Shown here: piece by piece, positions 11,401-23,900 of the stretch
Layout of the letters: the number at the start of each line of letters is the position of its first letter
Numbering within the stretch: position 1 is the stretch's first letter
From: Nemertoderma westbladi
Lineage: Eukaryota > Animalia > Xenacoelomorpha
DNA length: 39,313 nucleotides
NCBI GenBank assembly: GCA_032718475.1
Contig: JAUCBJ010000637.1
Location: forward strand, 1-39,313
Direction: 5' to 3'
Position numbers and translations under genes: made by a program
Notes under the pieces: model-generated
Databases searched by the model: none
What the model was told of the DNA's origin: nothing
The model's input: the letters and a program-made list of their open reading frames with translations, nothing else

Positions 11401-11900
11401 GAGGGGAGTAGGTCGGCTTAATGAAGGAAGGAGGGGAGTAGGTCGGCTTAATGAAGGAAGGAGGGGAGTAGGTCGGCTTAATGAAGGAAGGAGGGGAGTA
11501 GGTCGGCTTAATCAAGGAAGTAGGGGAGTAGGTCGGCTTAATGAAGGAAGGAGGGGAGTAGGTCGGCTTAATGAAGGGAGGAGGGGAGTAGGTCGGCTTA
11601 ATGAAGGAAGGAGGGGAGTAGGTCGGCTTAATGGAGGAAAGAGGGGAGTAGGTCGGCTTAATGAAGGGAGGAGGGGAGTAGGTCGGCTTAATGAAGGAAG
11701 GAGGGGAGTAGGTCAGCTTAATGAAGGAAGGAGGGGAGTAGGTCGGCTTAATGAAGGGAGGAGGGGAGTAGGTCGGTTTAATGAAGGAAGGAGGGGAGTA
11801 GATGGGCTTAATGAAGGAAGGAGGGGAGTAGGTCGGCTTAATGAAGGAAGGAGGGGAGTAGGTCGGCTTAATGAAGGAAGGAGGGGAGTAGATGGGCTTT
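5393..11900 (+). repeat. 30-bp minisatellite (GAAGGAAGGAGGGGAGTAGGTCGGCTTAAT)n, ~217 copies, starting across the exon A donor
   Basis: Exact 30-bp register is kept for 6.5 kb with no indels. Substitution variants cluster at both ends. Confidence 0.98.
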
Positions 11901-12024
11901 AAAATTAGCTCACCGGCACAACTACACATGAGTTGATAATTATTTGAATAAAAATAAAGTCCACCAAAATACAAAAATTAATATATTTATAAAATTTAGA
12001 CAATTATCATTAATATTCTTCTTA

Positions 12025-13182
12025 TAGTAACTACACGTTAGTAACTACACGTTAGTAACTACACGTTAGTAACTACACGTTAGTAACTACACGTTAGTAA
12101 CTACACGTTAGTAACTACACGTTAGTAACTACACGTTAGTAACTACACGTTAGTAACTACAAGTTAGTAACGACACGTTAGTAACTACACGTTAGTAACT
12201 ACACGTTAGTAACTACACGTTAGTAACTACACGTTAGTAACTACACGTTAGTAACTACACGTTAGTAACTACACGTTAGTAACTACACGTTAGTAACTAC
12301 AAGTTAGTAACGACACGTTAGTAACTACACGTTAGTAACTACACGTTAGTAACTACACGTTAGTAACTACACGTTAGTAACTACACGTTAGTAACTACAC
12401 GTTAGTAACTACACGTTAGTAACTACACGTTAGTAACTACACGTTAGTAACTACACGTTAGTAACTACACGTTAGTAACTACACGTTAGTAACTAAACGT
12501 TAGTAACTACACGTTAGTAACTACACGTTAGTAACTACACGTTAGTAACTACACGTTAGTAACTACACGTTAGTAACTACACGTTAGTAACTACACGTTA
12601 GTAACTACACGTTAGTAACTACACGTTAGTAACTACACGTTAGTAACTACACGTTAGTAACTACACGTTAGTAACTACACGTTAGTAACTACACGTTAGT
12701 AACTACACGTTAGTAACTACAAGTTAGTAACGACACGTTAGTAACTACACGTTAGTAACTACACGTTAGTAACTACAAGTTAGTAACGACACGTTAGTAA
12801 CTACACGTTAGTAACTACACGTTAGTAACTACACGTTAGTAACTACAAGTTAGTAACTACATGTTAGTAACGACACGTTAGTAACTACACGTTAGTAACT
12901 ACACGTTAGTAACTACAAGTTAGTAACTACAAGTTAGTAACTACACGTTAGTAACTACACGTTAGTAACTACACGTTAGTAACTACACGTTAGTAACTAC
13001 ACGTTAGTAACTACACGTTAGTAACGACACGTTAGTAACTACACGTTAGTAACTACACGTTAGTAACTACACGTTAGTAACTACACGTTAGTAACTACAC
13101 GTTAGTAACTACACGTTAGTAACGACACGTTAGTAACTACAAGTTAGTAACTACACGTTAGTAACTACACGTTAGTAACTAC
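12025..13182. repeat. 14-bp minisatellite (GTTAGTAACTACAC)n, ~83 copies
   Basis: Directly visible, with recurrent variants ctacaag and acgacac. Confidence 0.97.
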
Positions 13183-13277
13183 CTTAGTACCTTCTACACG
13201 TATATAGTTCGTCTATAGTTCTACTTGTTATACAACTTTGGTAGAAAGTTTTAGTTTCTTTGATTTTGGTATTTCAG

Positions 13278-13489
13278 ACGCTGAGGCAGCCGAGAAAAAG
13301 AAAGCCCAAGGCAACACAGTGGAAACATACGAGACCGCCTTCAGGAGAATACAAGAGCTAACCGGAGAAGAAGACCTCGACCTTCTTGTAGCGAAATTTA
13401 TTGAGATCGAAGAGAAAAATTTTGCATTATTCAATTATGTTAACGAGCAAAACAATATAATAGAATCACTAAACGAAGACATTGAACAT
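13278..13489 (+). CDS. ODAD1: ODAD1/CCDC63-family exon B
   Basis: Acceptor atttcag, phase 1 matching exon A. Encodes VETYETAFRRIQELTGEEDLDLLVAKFIEIEEKNFALFNYVNEQN, containing the conserved NFALFNYVNE motif. Donor CAT|gtgagt is phase 0. Confidence 0.92.
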
Positions 13490-13960
13490 GTGAGTTTGGT
13501 AGATCCATTTGAATCACTTTTACCTTTATTCTCAATATTATTTGAATTTTATTTATTTGTGTAACTATAATACCGCACCATAATGTATACTCAGTGAGTA
13601 ACTGATGTATAATTGTCAAATTGTAATTATAAAAATTAATTAAGTAATATTACAATTGCCTTTTTGACAAGCAACATTCCAAATATCTTGGCACCTATTT
13701 TTGATTTCATTTTATTGAAGTCACTTTTTTGTTAAACAAATAAATTATACTAAACTAATTTTTTCCTAGGTTAACGACCTGCTTTATTTTTTCCTAAAAA
13801 TCTGACTGATATATTATTAATGTTGATTAATATTATTATTACTTAATATTGAATTTAGAATGGGTGAATGCGAATAAAATATTTTTATATTTTTATTTTT
13901 TATTTACTTTCTTTCACACTTTGTTCTATAATGGCGATTTAAATGTAATTTATTTTTTAG

Positions 13961-14129
13961 ATCAAAGACGAGATGGCTAGGTTTGAACAGAAGGGTGTCG
14001 ATTTGGAATCAGAGCGTCAAGTAATTCTAACTCAGTTGGAGAGCCAGCAGTTGATAGCTAGTCAACAGTCTGATGATTACGAAGAAAAACTGAAACAAGT
14101 TAACAAAGTTCTGGAACAACTGAGACAAG
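13961..14129 (+). CDS. ODAD1: ODAD1/CCDC63-family exon C
   Basis: Acceptor ttttttag, phase 0. Encodes the coiled coil IKDEMARFEQ...KVLEQLRQ. Donor AAG|gtttga is phase 1. Confidence 0.87.
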
Positions 14130-14925
14130 GTTTGACTTTGCAGCTGTACCACACCACCCCCAACCCACCACTCACCATACAGGGGTACAATAGTCTACTA
14201 GAATAGCTATTCTGTTAAAAGACCATAAGACAAAAAACACATTTTGAGTAAATCGCACTCGCATACGCATTACTGTTTGCCTTCAGATTGTTGATTTAAA
14301 TTACTAATTTTTTATAACCCGACGCAATTAAGGGTGGGAAATTTTTGATGAAACATTTTTCACTTTCCATTAATATTTTGACATCATGGTTGTTTTTTGT
14401 ACTTACGGTGTTTTTGCATTACAACCTGTATGTAAATGTATTCGGAACATTGCAAAAAAATGTTACAATGACAAAACACCGCAAGTTTGTCAGTCACGGT
14501 GTTTTTGCATTGTGTAAATTTAATGCATTAATTAAGGGGGGCAACCCCTGCGGTTTTTATTTTGTAAATAACACGATGGTGGTTGCATAAACAAAAAAAC
14601 TTGGGAACGGGGAAATATTATGAAATCAAAAAAACTGCCCAAAATTAATCTAAGCTTATGATGCCTGACATTTAGGAAGCACGCCTCAGAGCTATAATGT
14701 TCATTGTGGTTTTCAATGTCAATTTTTACGTTCTGTATACTCTAGTCTGTCTGACTATTGGTCTGGCTCTTTGTTGTCTGTCTAAACTTACGATCAGAAT
14801 GTATTACCGAACTTATCGAACTTACTTTTGACGATCAGACTGGCAGACATGGAGAGACAGTAATAACTCGAAAACTAAAAGCGATCTCGCTAAAGAAGCA
14901 CTTAAGAGGGATTTCTCATAGTAAA

Positions 14926-17900
14926 CAGTAAGGGTACGTTGGGTTGAATAACAACAAGTCATTACACAAGCTTTCTCCAGTAAGGGTACGTTGGGTTGGA
15001 TAACAACAAGTCATTACACAAGCTTTCTCCAGTAAGGGCACGTTGGGTTGAATAACAACAAGTCATTACACAAGCTTTCTCCAGTAAGGGTACGTTGGGT
15101 TTAATAACAACAAGTCATTACACAAGCTTTCTCCAGTAAGGGTACGTTGGGTTGAATAACAACAAGTCATTACACAAGCTTTCTCCAGTAAGGGTACGTT
15201 GGGTTGAATAACAACAAGTCATTACACAAGCTTTCTCCAGTAAGGGTACGTTGGGTTGAATAACAACAAGTCATTACACAAGCTTTCTCCAGTAAGGGTA
15301 CGTTGGGTTGAATAACAACAAGTCATTACACAAGCTTTCTCCAGTAAGGGTACGTTGGGTTGAATAACAACAAGTCATTACACAAGCTATCTCCAGTAAG
15401 GGTACGTTGGGTTGAATAACAACAAGTCATTACAAAAGCTTTCTCCAGTAAGGGTACGTTGGGTTGAATAACAACAAGTCATTACACAAGCTTTCTCCAG
15501 TAAGGGTACGTTGGGTTGAATAACAACAAGTCATTACACAAGCTTTCTCTAGTAAGGGTACGTTGGGTTGAATAACAACAAGTCATTAGACAAGCTTTCT
15601 CCAGTAAGGGTACGTTGGGTTGAATAACAACAAGTCATTACACAAGCTTTCTCCAGTAAGGGTACGTTGGGTTGAATAACAACAAGTCATTACACAAGCT
15701 TTCTCCAGTAAGGGTACGTTGGGTTGAATAACAACAAGTCATTACACAAGCTTTCTCCAGTAAGGGTACGTTGGGTTGAATAACAAGTCATTACACAAGC
15801 TTTCTCCAGTAAGGGTACGTTGGGTTGAATAACAACAAGTCATTACACAAGCTTTCTCCAATAAGGGTACGTTGGGTTGAATAACAACAAGTCATTACAC
15901 AAGCTTTCTCCAGTAAGGGTACGTTGGGTTGAATAACAACAAGTCATTACACAAGCTTTCTCCAGTAAGGGTACGTTGGGTTGAATAACAACAAGTCATT
16001 ACACAAGCTTTCTCCAATAAGGGTACGTTGGGTTGAATAACAACAAGTCATTACACAAGCTTTCTCCAGTAAGGGTACGTTGGGTTGAATAACAACAAGT
16101 CATTACACAAGCTTTCTCCAATAAGGGTACGTTGGGTTGAATAACAACAAGTCATTACACAAGCTTTCTCCAGTAAGGGTACGTTGGGTTGAATAACAAC
16201 AAGTCATTACACAAGCTTTCTCCAGTAAGGGTACGTTGGGTTGAATAACAACAAGTCATTACACAAGCTTTCTCCAGTAAGGGTACGTTGGGTTGAATAA
16301 CAACAAGTCATTACACAAGCTTTCTCCAGTACGGGTACGTTGGGTTGCATAACAACAAGTCATTACACAAGCTTTCCCCAGTAAGGGTATGTTGGGTTGA
16401 ATAACAAGTCATTACACAAGCTTTCTCCAGTAAGGGTACGTTGGGTTGAATAACAACAAGTCATTAGACAAGCTTTCTCCAGTAAGGGTACGTTGGGTTG
16501 AATAACAACAAGTCATTACACAAGCTTTCTCCAGTAAGGGTGCGTTGGGTTTAATAACAACAAGTCATTACACAAGCTATCTCCAGTAAGGGTACCTTGG
16601 GTTTAATAACAACAAGTCATTACACAAGCTTTCTCCAGTAAGGGTGCGTTGGGTTGAATAACAACAAGTCATTACACAAGCTATCTCCAGTAAGGGTACC
16701 TTGGGTTTAATAACAACAAGTCATTACACAAGCTTTCTCCAGTAAGGGTGCGTTGGGTTTAATAACAACAAGTCATTACACAAGCTTTCTCCAGTAAGGG
16801 TACGTTGGGTTGAATAACAACAAGTCATTAGACAAGCTTTCTGCAGTAAGGGTACGTTGGGTTGAATAACAACAAGTCATTAAGACAAGCTTTCTCCAAT
16901 AAGGGTACGTTGGGTTGAATAACAACAAGTCATTAGACAAGCTTTCTCCAATAAGGGTACGTTGGGTTGAATAACAACAAGTCGTTAGACAAGCTTTCTC
17001 CAGTAAGGGTACGTTGGGTTGAATAACAAGTCATTACACAAGCTTTCTCCAGTAAGGGTATGTTGGGTTGAATAACAAGTCATTACACAAGCTTTCTCCA
17101 GTAAGGGTATGTTGGGTTGAATAACAACAAGTCATTACACAAGCTTTCTCCAGTAAGGGTACGTTGGGTTGAATAACAACAAGTCATTACACAAGCTTTC
17201 TCCAGTAAGGGTACGTTGGGTTGAATAACAACAAGTCATTACACAAGCTTTCTCCAGTAAGGGTACGTTGGGTTGAATAACAACAAGTCATTACACAAGC
17301 TTTCTCCAGTAAGGGTACGTTGGGTTGAATAACAACAAGTCATTACACAAGCTTTCTCCAGTAAGGGTACGTTGGGTTGAATAACAAGTCATTACACAAG
17401 CTTTCTCCAGTAAGGGTACGTTGGGTTGAATAACAACAAGTCATTACACAAGCTTTCTCCAATAAGGGTACGTTGGGTTGAATAACAACAAGTCATTACA
17501 CAAGCTTTCTCCAGTAAGGGTACGTTGGGTTGAATAACAACAAGTCATTACACAAGCTTTCTCCAGTAAGGGTACGTTGGGTTGAATAACAACAAGTCAT
17601 TACACAAGCTTTCTCCAGTAAGGGTACGTTGGGTTGAATAACAACAAGTCATTACACAAGCTTTCTCCAGTACGGGTACGTTGGGTTGCATAACAACAAG
17701 TCATTACACAAGCTTTCTCCAGTAAGGGTACGTTGGGTTGAATAACAACAAGTCATTAGACAAGCTTTCTCCAGTAAGGGTACGTTGGGTTGAATAACAA
17801 CAAGTCATTACACAAGCTTTCTCCAGTAAGGGTGCGTTGGGTTTAATAACAACAAGTCATTACACAAGCTATCTCCAGTAAGGGTACCTTGGGTTTAATA

Positions 17901-20900
17901 ACAACAAGTCATTACACAAGCTTTCTCCAGTAAGGGTACGTTGGGTTGAATAACAACAAGTCATTACACAAGCTATCTCCAGTAAGGGTACCTTGGGTTT
18001 AATAACAACAAGTCATTACACAAGCTTTCTCCAGTAAGGGTGCGTTGGGTTTAATAACAACAAGTCATTACACAAGCTTTCTCCAGTAAGGGTACGTTGG
18101 GTTGAATAACAACAAGTCATTAGACAAGCTTTCTGCAGTAAGGGTACGTTGGGTTGAATAACAACAAGTCATTAAGACAAGCTTTCTCCAATAAGGGTAC
18201 GTTGGGTTGAATAACAACAAGTCATTAGACAAGCTTTCTCCAATAAGGGTACGTTGGGTTGAATAACAACAAGTCGTTAGACAAGCTTTCTCCAGTAAGG
18301 GTACGTTGGGTTGAATAACAAGTCATTACACAAGCTTTCTCCAGTAAGGGTATGTTGGGTTGAATAACAAGTCATTACACAAGCTTTCTCCAGTAAGGGT
18401 ATGTTGGGTTGAATAACAACAAGTCATTACACAAGCTATCTCCAGTAAGGGTACGTTGGGTTGAATAACAACAAGTCATTAGACAAGCTTTCTCCAATAA
18501 GGGTACGTTGGGTTGAATAACAACAAGTAATTATACAAGCTTTCTCCAGTAAGGGTACGTTGGGTTGAATAACAACAAGTCATTAGACAAGCTTTCTCCA
18601 ATAAGGGTACGTTGGGTTGAATAACAACAAGTCATTAGACAAGCTTTCTCCAATAAGGGTACGTTGGGTTGAATAACAACAAGTCATTACATAAGCTTTC
18701 TCCAATAAGGGTACGTTGGGTTGAATAACAACAAGTCATTACACAAGCTTTCTCCAGTAAGGGTACGTTGGGTTGAATAACAACAAGTCATTACACAAGC
18801 TATCTCCAGTAAGGGTACGTTGGGTTGAATAACAACAAGTCATTACACAAGCTATCTCCAGTAAGGGTACGTTGGGTTGAATAACAACAAGTCATTACAC
18901 AAGCTTTCTCCAGTAAGGGTACGTTGGGTTGAATAACAACAATTCATTACACAAGCTATCTCCAGTAAGGGTACGTTGGGTTGAATAACAAGTCATTACA
19001 CAAGCTTTCTCCAGTAAGGGTACGTTGGGTTGGATAACAACAAGTCATTAGACAAGCTTTCTCCAGTAAGGGTACGTTGGGTTGAATAACAACAATTCAT
19101 TACACTAGCTATCTCCAGTAAGGGTACGTTGGGTTGAATAACAAGTCATTACACAAGCTTTCTCCAGTAAGGGTACGTTGGGTTGGATAACAACAAGTCA
19201 TTACACAAGCTTTCTCCAGTAAGGGTACGTTGGGTTGGATAACAACAAGTCATTAGACAAGCTTTCTCCAGTAAGGGTACGTTGGGTTGAATAACAACAA
19301 GTCATTACACAAGCTTTCTCCAGTAAGGGTACGTTGGGTTGAATAACAACAAGTCATTACACAAGCTTTCTCCAATAAGGGTACGTTGGGTTGAATAACA
19401 ACAAGTCATTACACAAGCTTTCTCCAGTAAGGGTACGTTGGGTTGAATAACAACAAGTCATTACACAAGCTTTCTCCAGTAAGGGTACGTTGGGTTGAAT
19501 AACAACAAGTCATTACACAAGCTTTCTCCAGTAAGGGTACGTTGGGTTGAATAACAACAAGTCATTACACAAGCTTTCTCCAGTACGGGTACGTTGGGTT
19601 GCATAACAACAAGTCATTACACAAGCTTTCTCCAGTAAGGGTACGTTGGGTTGAATAACAACAAGTCATTAGACAAGCTATCTCCAGTAAGGGTACGTTG
19701 GGTTGAATAACAACAAGTCATTACACAAGCTTTCTCCAGTAAGGGTGCGTTGGGTTTAATAACAACAAGTCATTACACAAGCTATCTCCAGTAAGGGTAC
19801 CTTGGGTTTAATAACAACAAGTCATTACACAAGCTTTCTCCAGTAAGGGTGCGTTGGGTTGAATAACAACAAGTCATTAGACAAGCTTTCTCCAGTAAGG
19901 GTACGTTGGGTTGAATAACAACAAGTCATTACACAAGCTTTCTCCAGTAAGGGTGCGTTGGGTTTAATAACAACAAGTCATTAGACAAGCTTTCTCCAGT
20001 AAGGGTACGTTGGGTTGAATAACAACAAGTCATTACACAAGCTTTCTCCAGTAAGGGTGCGTTGGGTTTAATAACAACAAGTCATTAGACTAGCTTTCTC
20101 CAGTAAGGGTACGTTGGGTTGAATAACAACAAGTCATTACACAAGCTTTCTCCAGTAAGGGTGCGTTGGGTTGAATAACAACAAGTCATTACACAAGCTT
20201 TCTCCAGTAAGGGTGCGTTGGGTTGAATAACAACAAGTCATTAGACAAGCTTTCTCCAGTAAGGGTACGTTGGGTTGAATAACAACAAGTCATTACACAA
20301 GCTTTCTCCAGTAAGGGTGCGTTGGGTTTAATAACAACAAGTCATTACACAAGCTATCTCCAGTAAGGGTACCTTGGGTTTAATAACAACAAGTCATTAC
20401 ACAAGCTTTCTCCAGTAAGGGTGCGTTGGGTTGAATAACAACAAGTCATTAGACAAGCTTTCTCCAGTAAGGGTACGTTGGGTTGAATAACAACAAGTCA
20501 TTACACAAGCTTTCTCCAGTAAGGGTGCGTTGGGTTTAATAACAACAAGTCATTACACAAGCTATCTCCAGTAAGGGTACCTTGGGTTTAATAACAACAA
20601 GTCATTACACAAGCTTTCTCCAGTAAGGGTGCGTTGGGTTGAATAACAACAAGTCATTACACAAGCTATCTCCAGTAAGGGTACCTTGGGTTTAATAACA
20701 ACAAGTCATTACACAAGCTTTCTCCAGTAAGGGTGCGTTGGGTTTAATAACAACAAGTCATTACACAAGCTTTCTCCAGTAAGGGTACGTTGGGTTGAAT
20801 AACAACAAGTCATTAGACAAGCTTTCTGCAGTAAGGGTACGTTGGGTTGAATAACAACAAGTCATTAAGACAAGCTTTCTCCAATAAGGGTACGTTGGGT

Positions 20901-23900
20901 TGAATAACAACAAGTCATTAGACAAGCTTTCTCCAATAAGGGTACGTTGGGTTGAATAACAACAAGTCGTTAGACAAGCTTTCTCCAGTAAGGGTACGTT
21001 GGGTTGAATAACAACAAGTAATTACACAAGCTTTCTCCAGTAAGGGTACGTTGGGTTGAATAACAACAAGTCATTAGACAAGCTTTCTCCAATAAGGGTA
21101 CGTTGGGTTGAATAACAACAAGTCATTAGACAAGCTTTCTCCAATAAGGGTACGTTGGGTTGAATAACAACAAGTCATTAGACAAGCTTTCTCCAATAAG
21201 GGTACGTTGGGTTGAATAACAACAAGTCATTACATAAGCTTTCTCCAATAAGGGTACGTTGGGTTGAATAACAACAAGTCATTACACAAGCTTTCTCCAG
21301 TAAGGGTACGTTGGGTTGAATAACAACAAGTCATTACACAAGCTATCTCCAGTAAGGGTACGTTGGGTTGAATAACAACAAGTCATTACACAAGCTATCT
21401 CCAGTAAGGGTATGTTGGGTTGAATAACAACAAGTCATTACACAAGCTATCTCCAGTAAGGGTATGTTGGGTTGAATAACAACAAGTCATTACACAAGCT
21501 ATCTCCAGTAAGGGTACGTTGGGTTGAATAACAACAAGTAATTACACAAGCTTTCTCCAGTAAGGGTACGTTGGGTTGAATAACAACAAGTCATTAGACA
21601 AGCTTTCTCCAATAAGGGTACGTTGGGTTGAATAACAACAAGTCATTAGACAAGCTTTCTCCAATAAGGGTACGTTGGGTTGAATAACAACAAGTCATTA
21701 CATAAGCTTTCTCCAATAAGGGTACGTTGGGTTGAATAACAACAAGTCATTACACAAGCTTTCTCCAGTAAGGGTACGTTGGGTTGAATAACAACAAGTC
21801 ATTACACAAGCTATCTCCAGTAAGGGTACGTTGGGTTGAATAACAACAATTCATTACACAAGCTATCTCCAGTAAGGGTACGTTGGGTTGAATAACAAGT
21901 CATTACACAAGCTTTCTCCAGTAAGGGTACGTTGGGTTGAATAACAACAAGTCATTACACAAGCTATCTCCAGTAAGGGTACGTTGGGTTGAATAACAAC
22001 AAGTCATTACACAAGCTATCTCCAGTAAGGGTACGTTGGGTTGAATAACAAGTCATTACACAAGCTTTCTCCAGTAAGGGTACGTTGGGTTGAATAACAA
22101 CAAGTCATTACATAAGCTTTCTCCAATAAGGGTACGTTGGGTTGAATAACAACAAGTCATTACACAAGCTTTCTCCAGTAAGGGTACGTTGGGTTGAATA
22201 ACAACAAGTCATTACACAAGCTTTCTCCAGTAAGGGTACGTTGGGTTGAATAACAACAAGTCATTACACAAGCTATCTCCAGTAAGGGTACGTTGGGTTG
22301 AATAACAACAATTCATTACACTAGCTATCTCCAGTAAGGGTACGTTGGGTTGAATAACAACAAGTCATTACACAAGCTATCTCCAGTAAGGGTACGTTGG
22401 GTTGAATAACAAGTCATTACACAAGCTTTCTCCAGTAAGGGTACGTTGGGTTGAATAACAACAAGTCATTACATAAGCTTTCTCCAATAAGGGTACGTTG
22501 GGTTGAATAACAACAAGTCATTACACAAGCTTTCTCCAGTAAGGGTACGTTGGGTTGAATAACAACAAGTCATTACACAAGCTTTCTCCAGTAAGGGTAC
22601 GTTGGGTTGAATAACAATAAGTCATTACACAAGCTTTCTCCAGTAAGGGTACGTTGGGTTGAATAACAACAAGTCATTACACAAGCTATCTCCAGTAAGG
22701 GTACGTTGGGTTGAATAACAACAAGTCATTACACAAGCTTTCTCCAGTAAGGGTACGTTGGGTTGAATAACAACAAGTCATTACACAAGCTATCTCCAGT
22801 AAGGGTACGTTGGGTTGAATAACAACAAGTCATTACACAAGCTTTCTCCAGTAAGGGTACGTTTTTTGTTGAATAACAACAAGTCATTACACAAGCTATC
22901 TCCAGTAAGGGTACGTTGGGTTGAATAACAAGTCATTACACAAGCTTTCTCCAGTAAGGGTACGTTGGGTTGAATAACAACAAGTCATTACATAAGCTTT
23001 CTCCAATAAGGGTACGTTGGGTTGAATAACAACAAGTCATTACACAAGCTTTCTCCAGTAAGGGTACGTTGGGTTGAATAACAACAAGTCATTACACAAG
23101 CTTTCTCCAGTAAGGGTACGTTGGGTTGAATAACAATAAGTCATTACACAAGCTTTCTCCAGTAAGGGTACGTTGGGTTGAATAACAACAAGTCATTACA
23201 CAAGCTATCTCCAGTAAGGGTACGTTGGGTTGAATAACAACAAGTCATTACACAAGCTTTCTCCAGTAAGGGTACGTTGGGTTGAATAACAACAAGTCAT
23301 TACACAAGCTATCTCCAGTAAGGGTACGTTGGGTTGAATAACAACAAGTCATTACACAAGCTTTCTCCAGTAAGGGTACGTTGGGTTGAATAACAACAAG
23401 TCATTACACAAGCTTTCTCCAGTAAGGGTACGTTGGGTTGAATAACAACAAGTCGTTAGACAAGCTTTCTCCAGTAAGGGTACGTTGGGTTGAATAACAA
23501 CAAGTCATTACACAAGCTATCTCCAGTAAGGGTACGTTGGGTTGAATAACAAGTCATTACACAAGCTTTCTCCAGTAAGGGTACGTTGGGTTGAATAACA
23601 ACAATTCATTACACAAGCTATCTCCAGTAAGGGTACGTTGGGTTGAATAACAAGTCATTACACAAGCTTTCTCCAGTAAGGGTACGTTGGGTTGAATAAC
23701 AACAAGTCATTACACAAGCTTTCTCCAGTAAGGGTACGTTGGGTTGAATAACAATAAGTCATTACACAAGCTTTCTCCAGTAAGGGTACGTTGGGTTGAA
23801 TAACAACAAGTCATTACACAAGCTATCTCCAGTAAGGGTACGTTGGGTTGAATAACAAGTCATTACACAAGCTTTCTCCAGTAAGGGTACGTTGGGTTGA

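Noticed and set aside
5375-11902. 2175-aa (RRGVGRLNEG)n protein
   Set aside because: It is out of frame with the ODAD1 exon it overlaps, lies in an intron, and is open only because the 30-bp unit lacks a stop in that frame.
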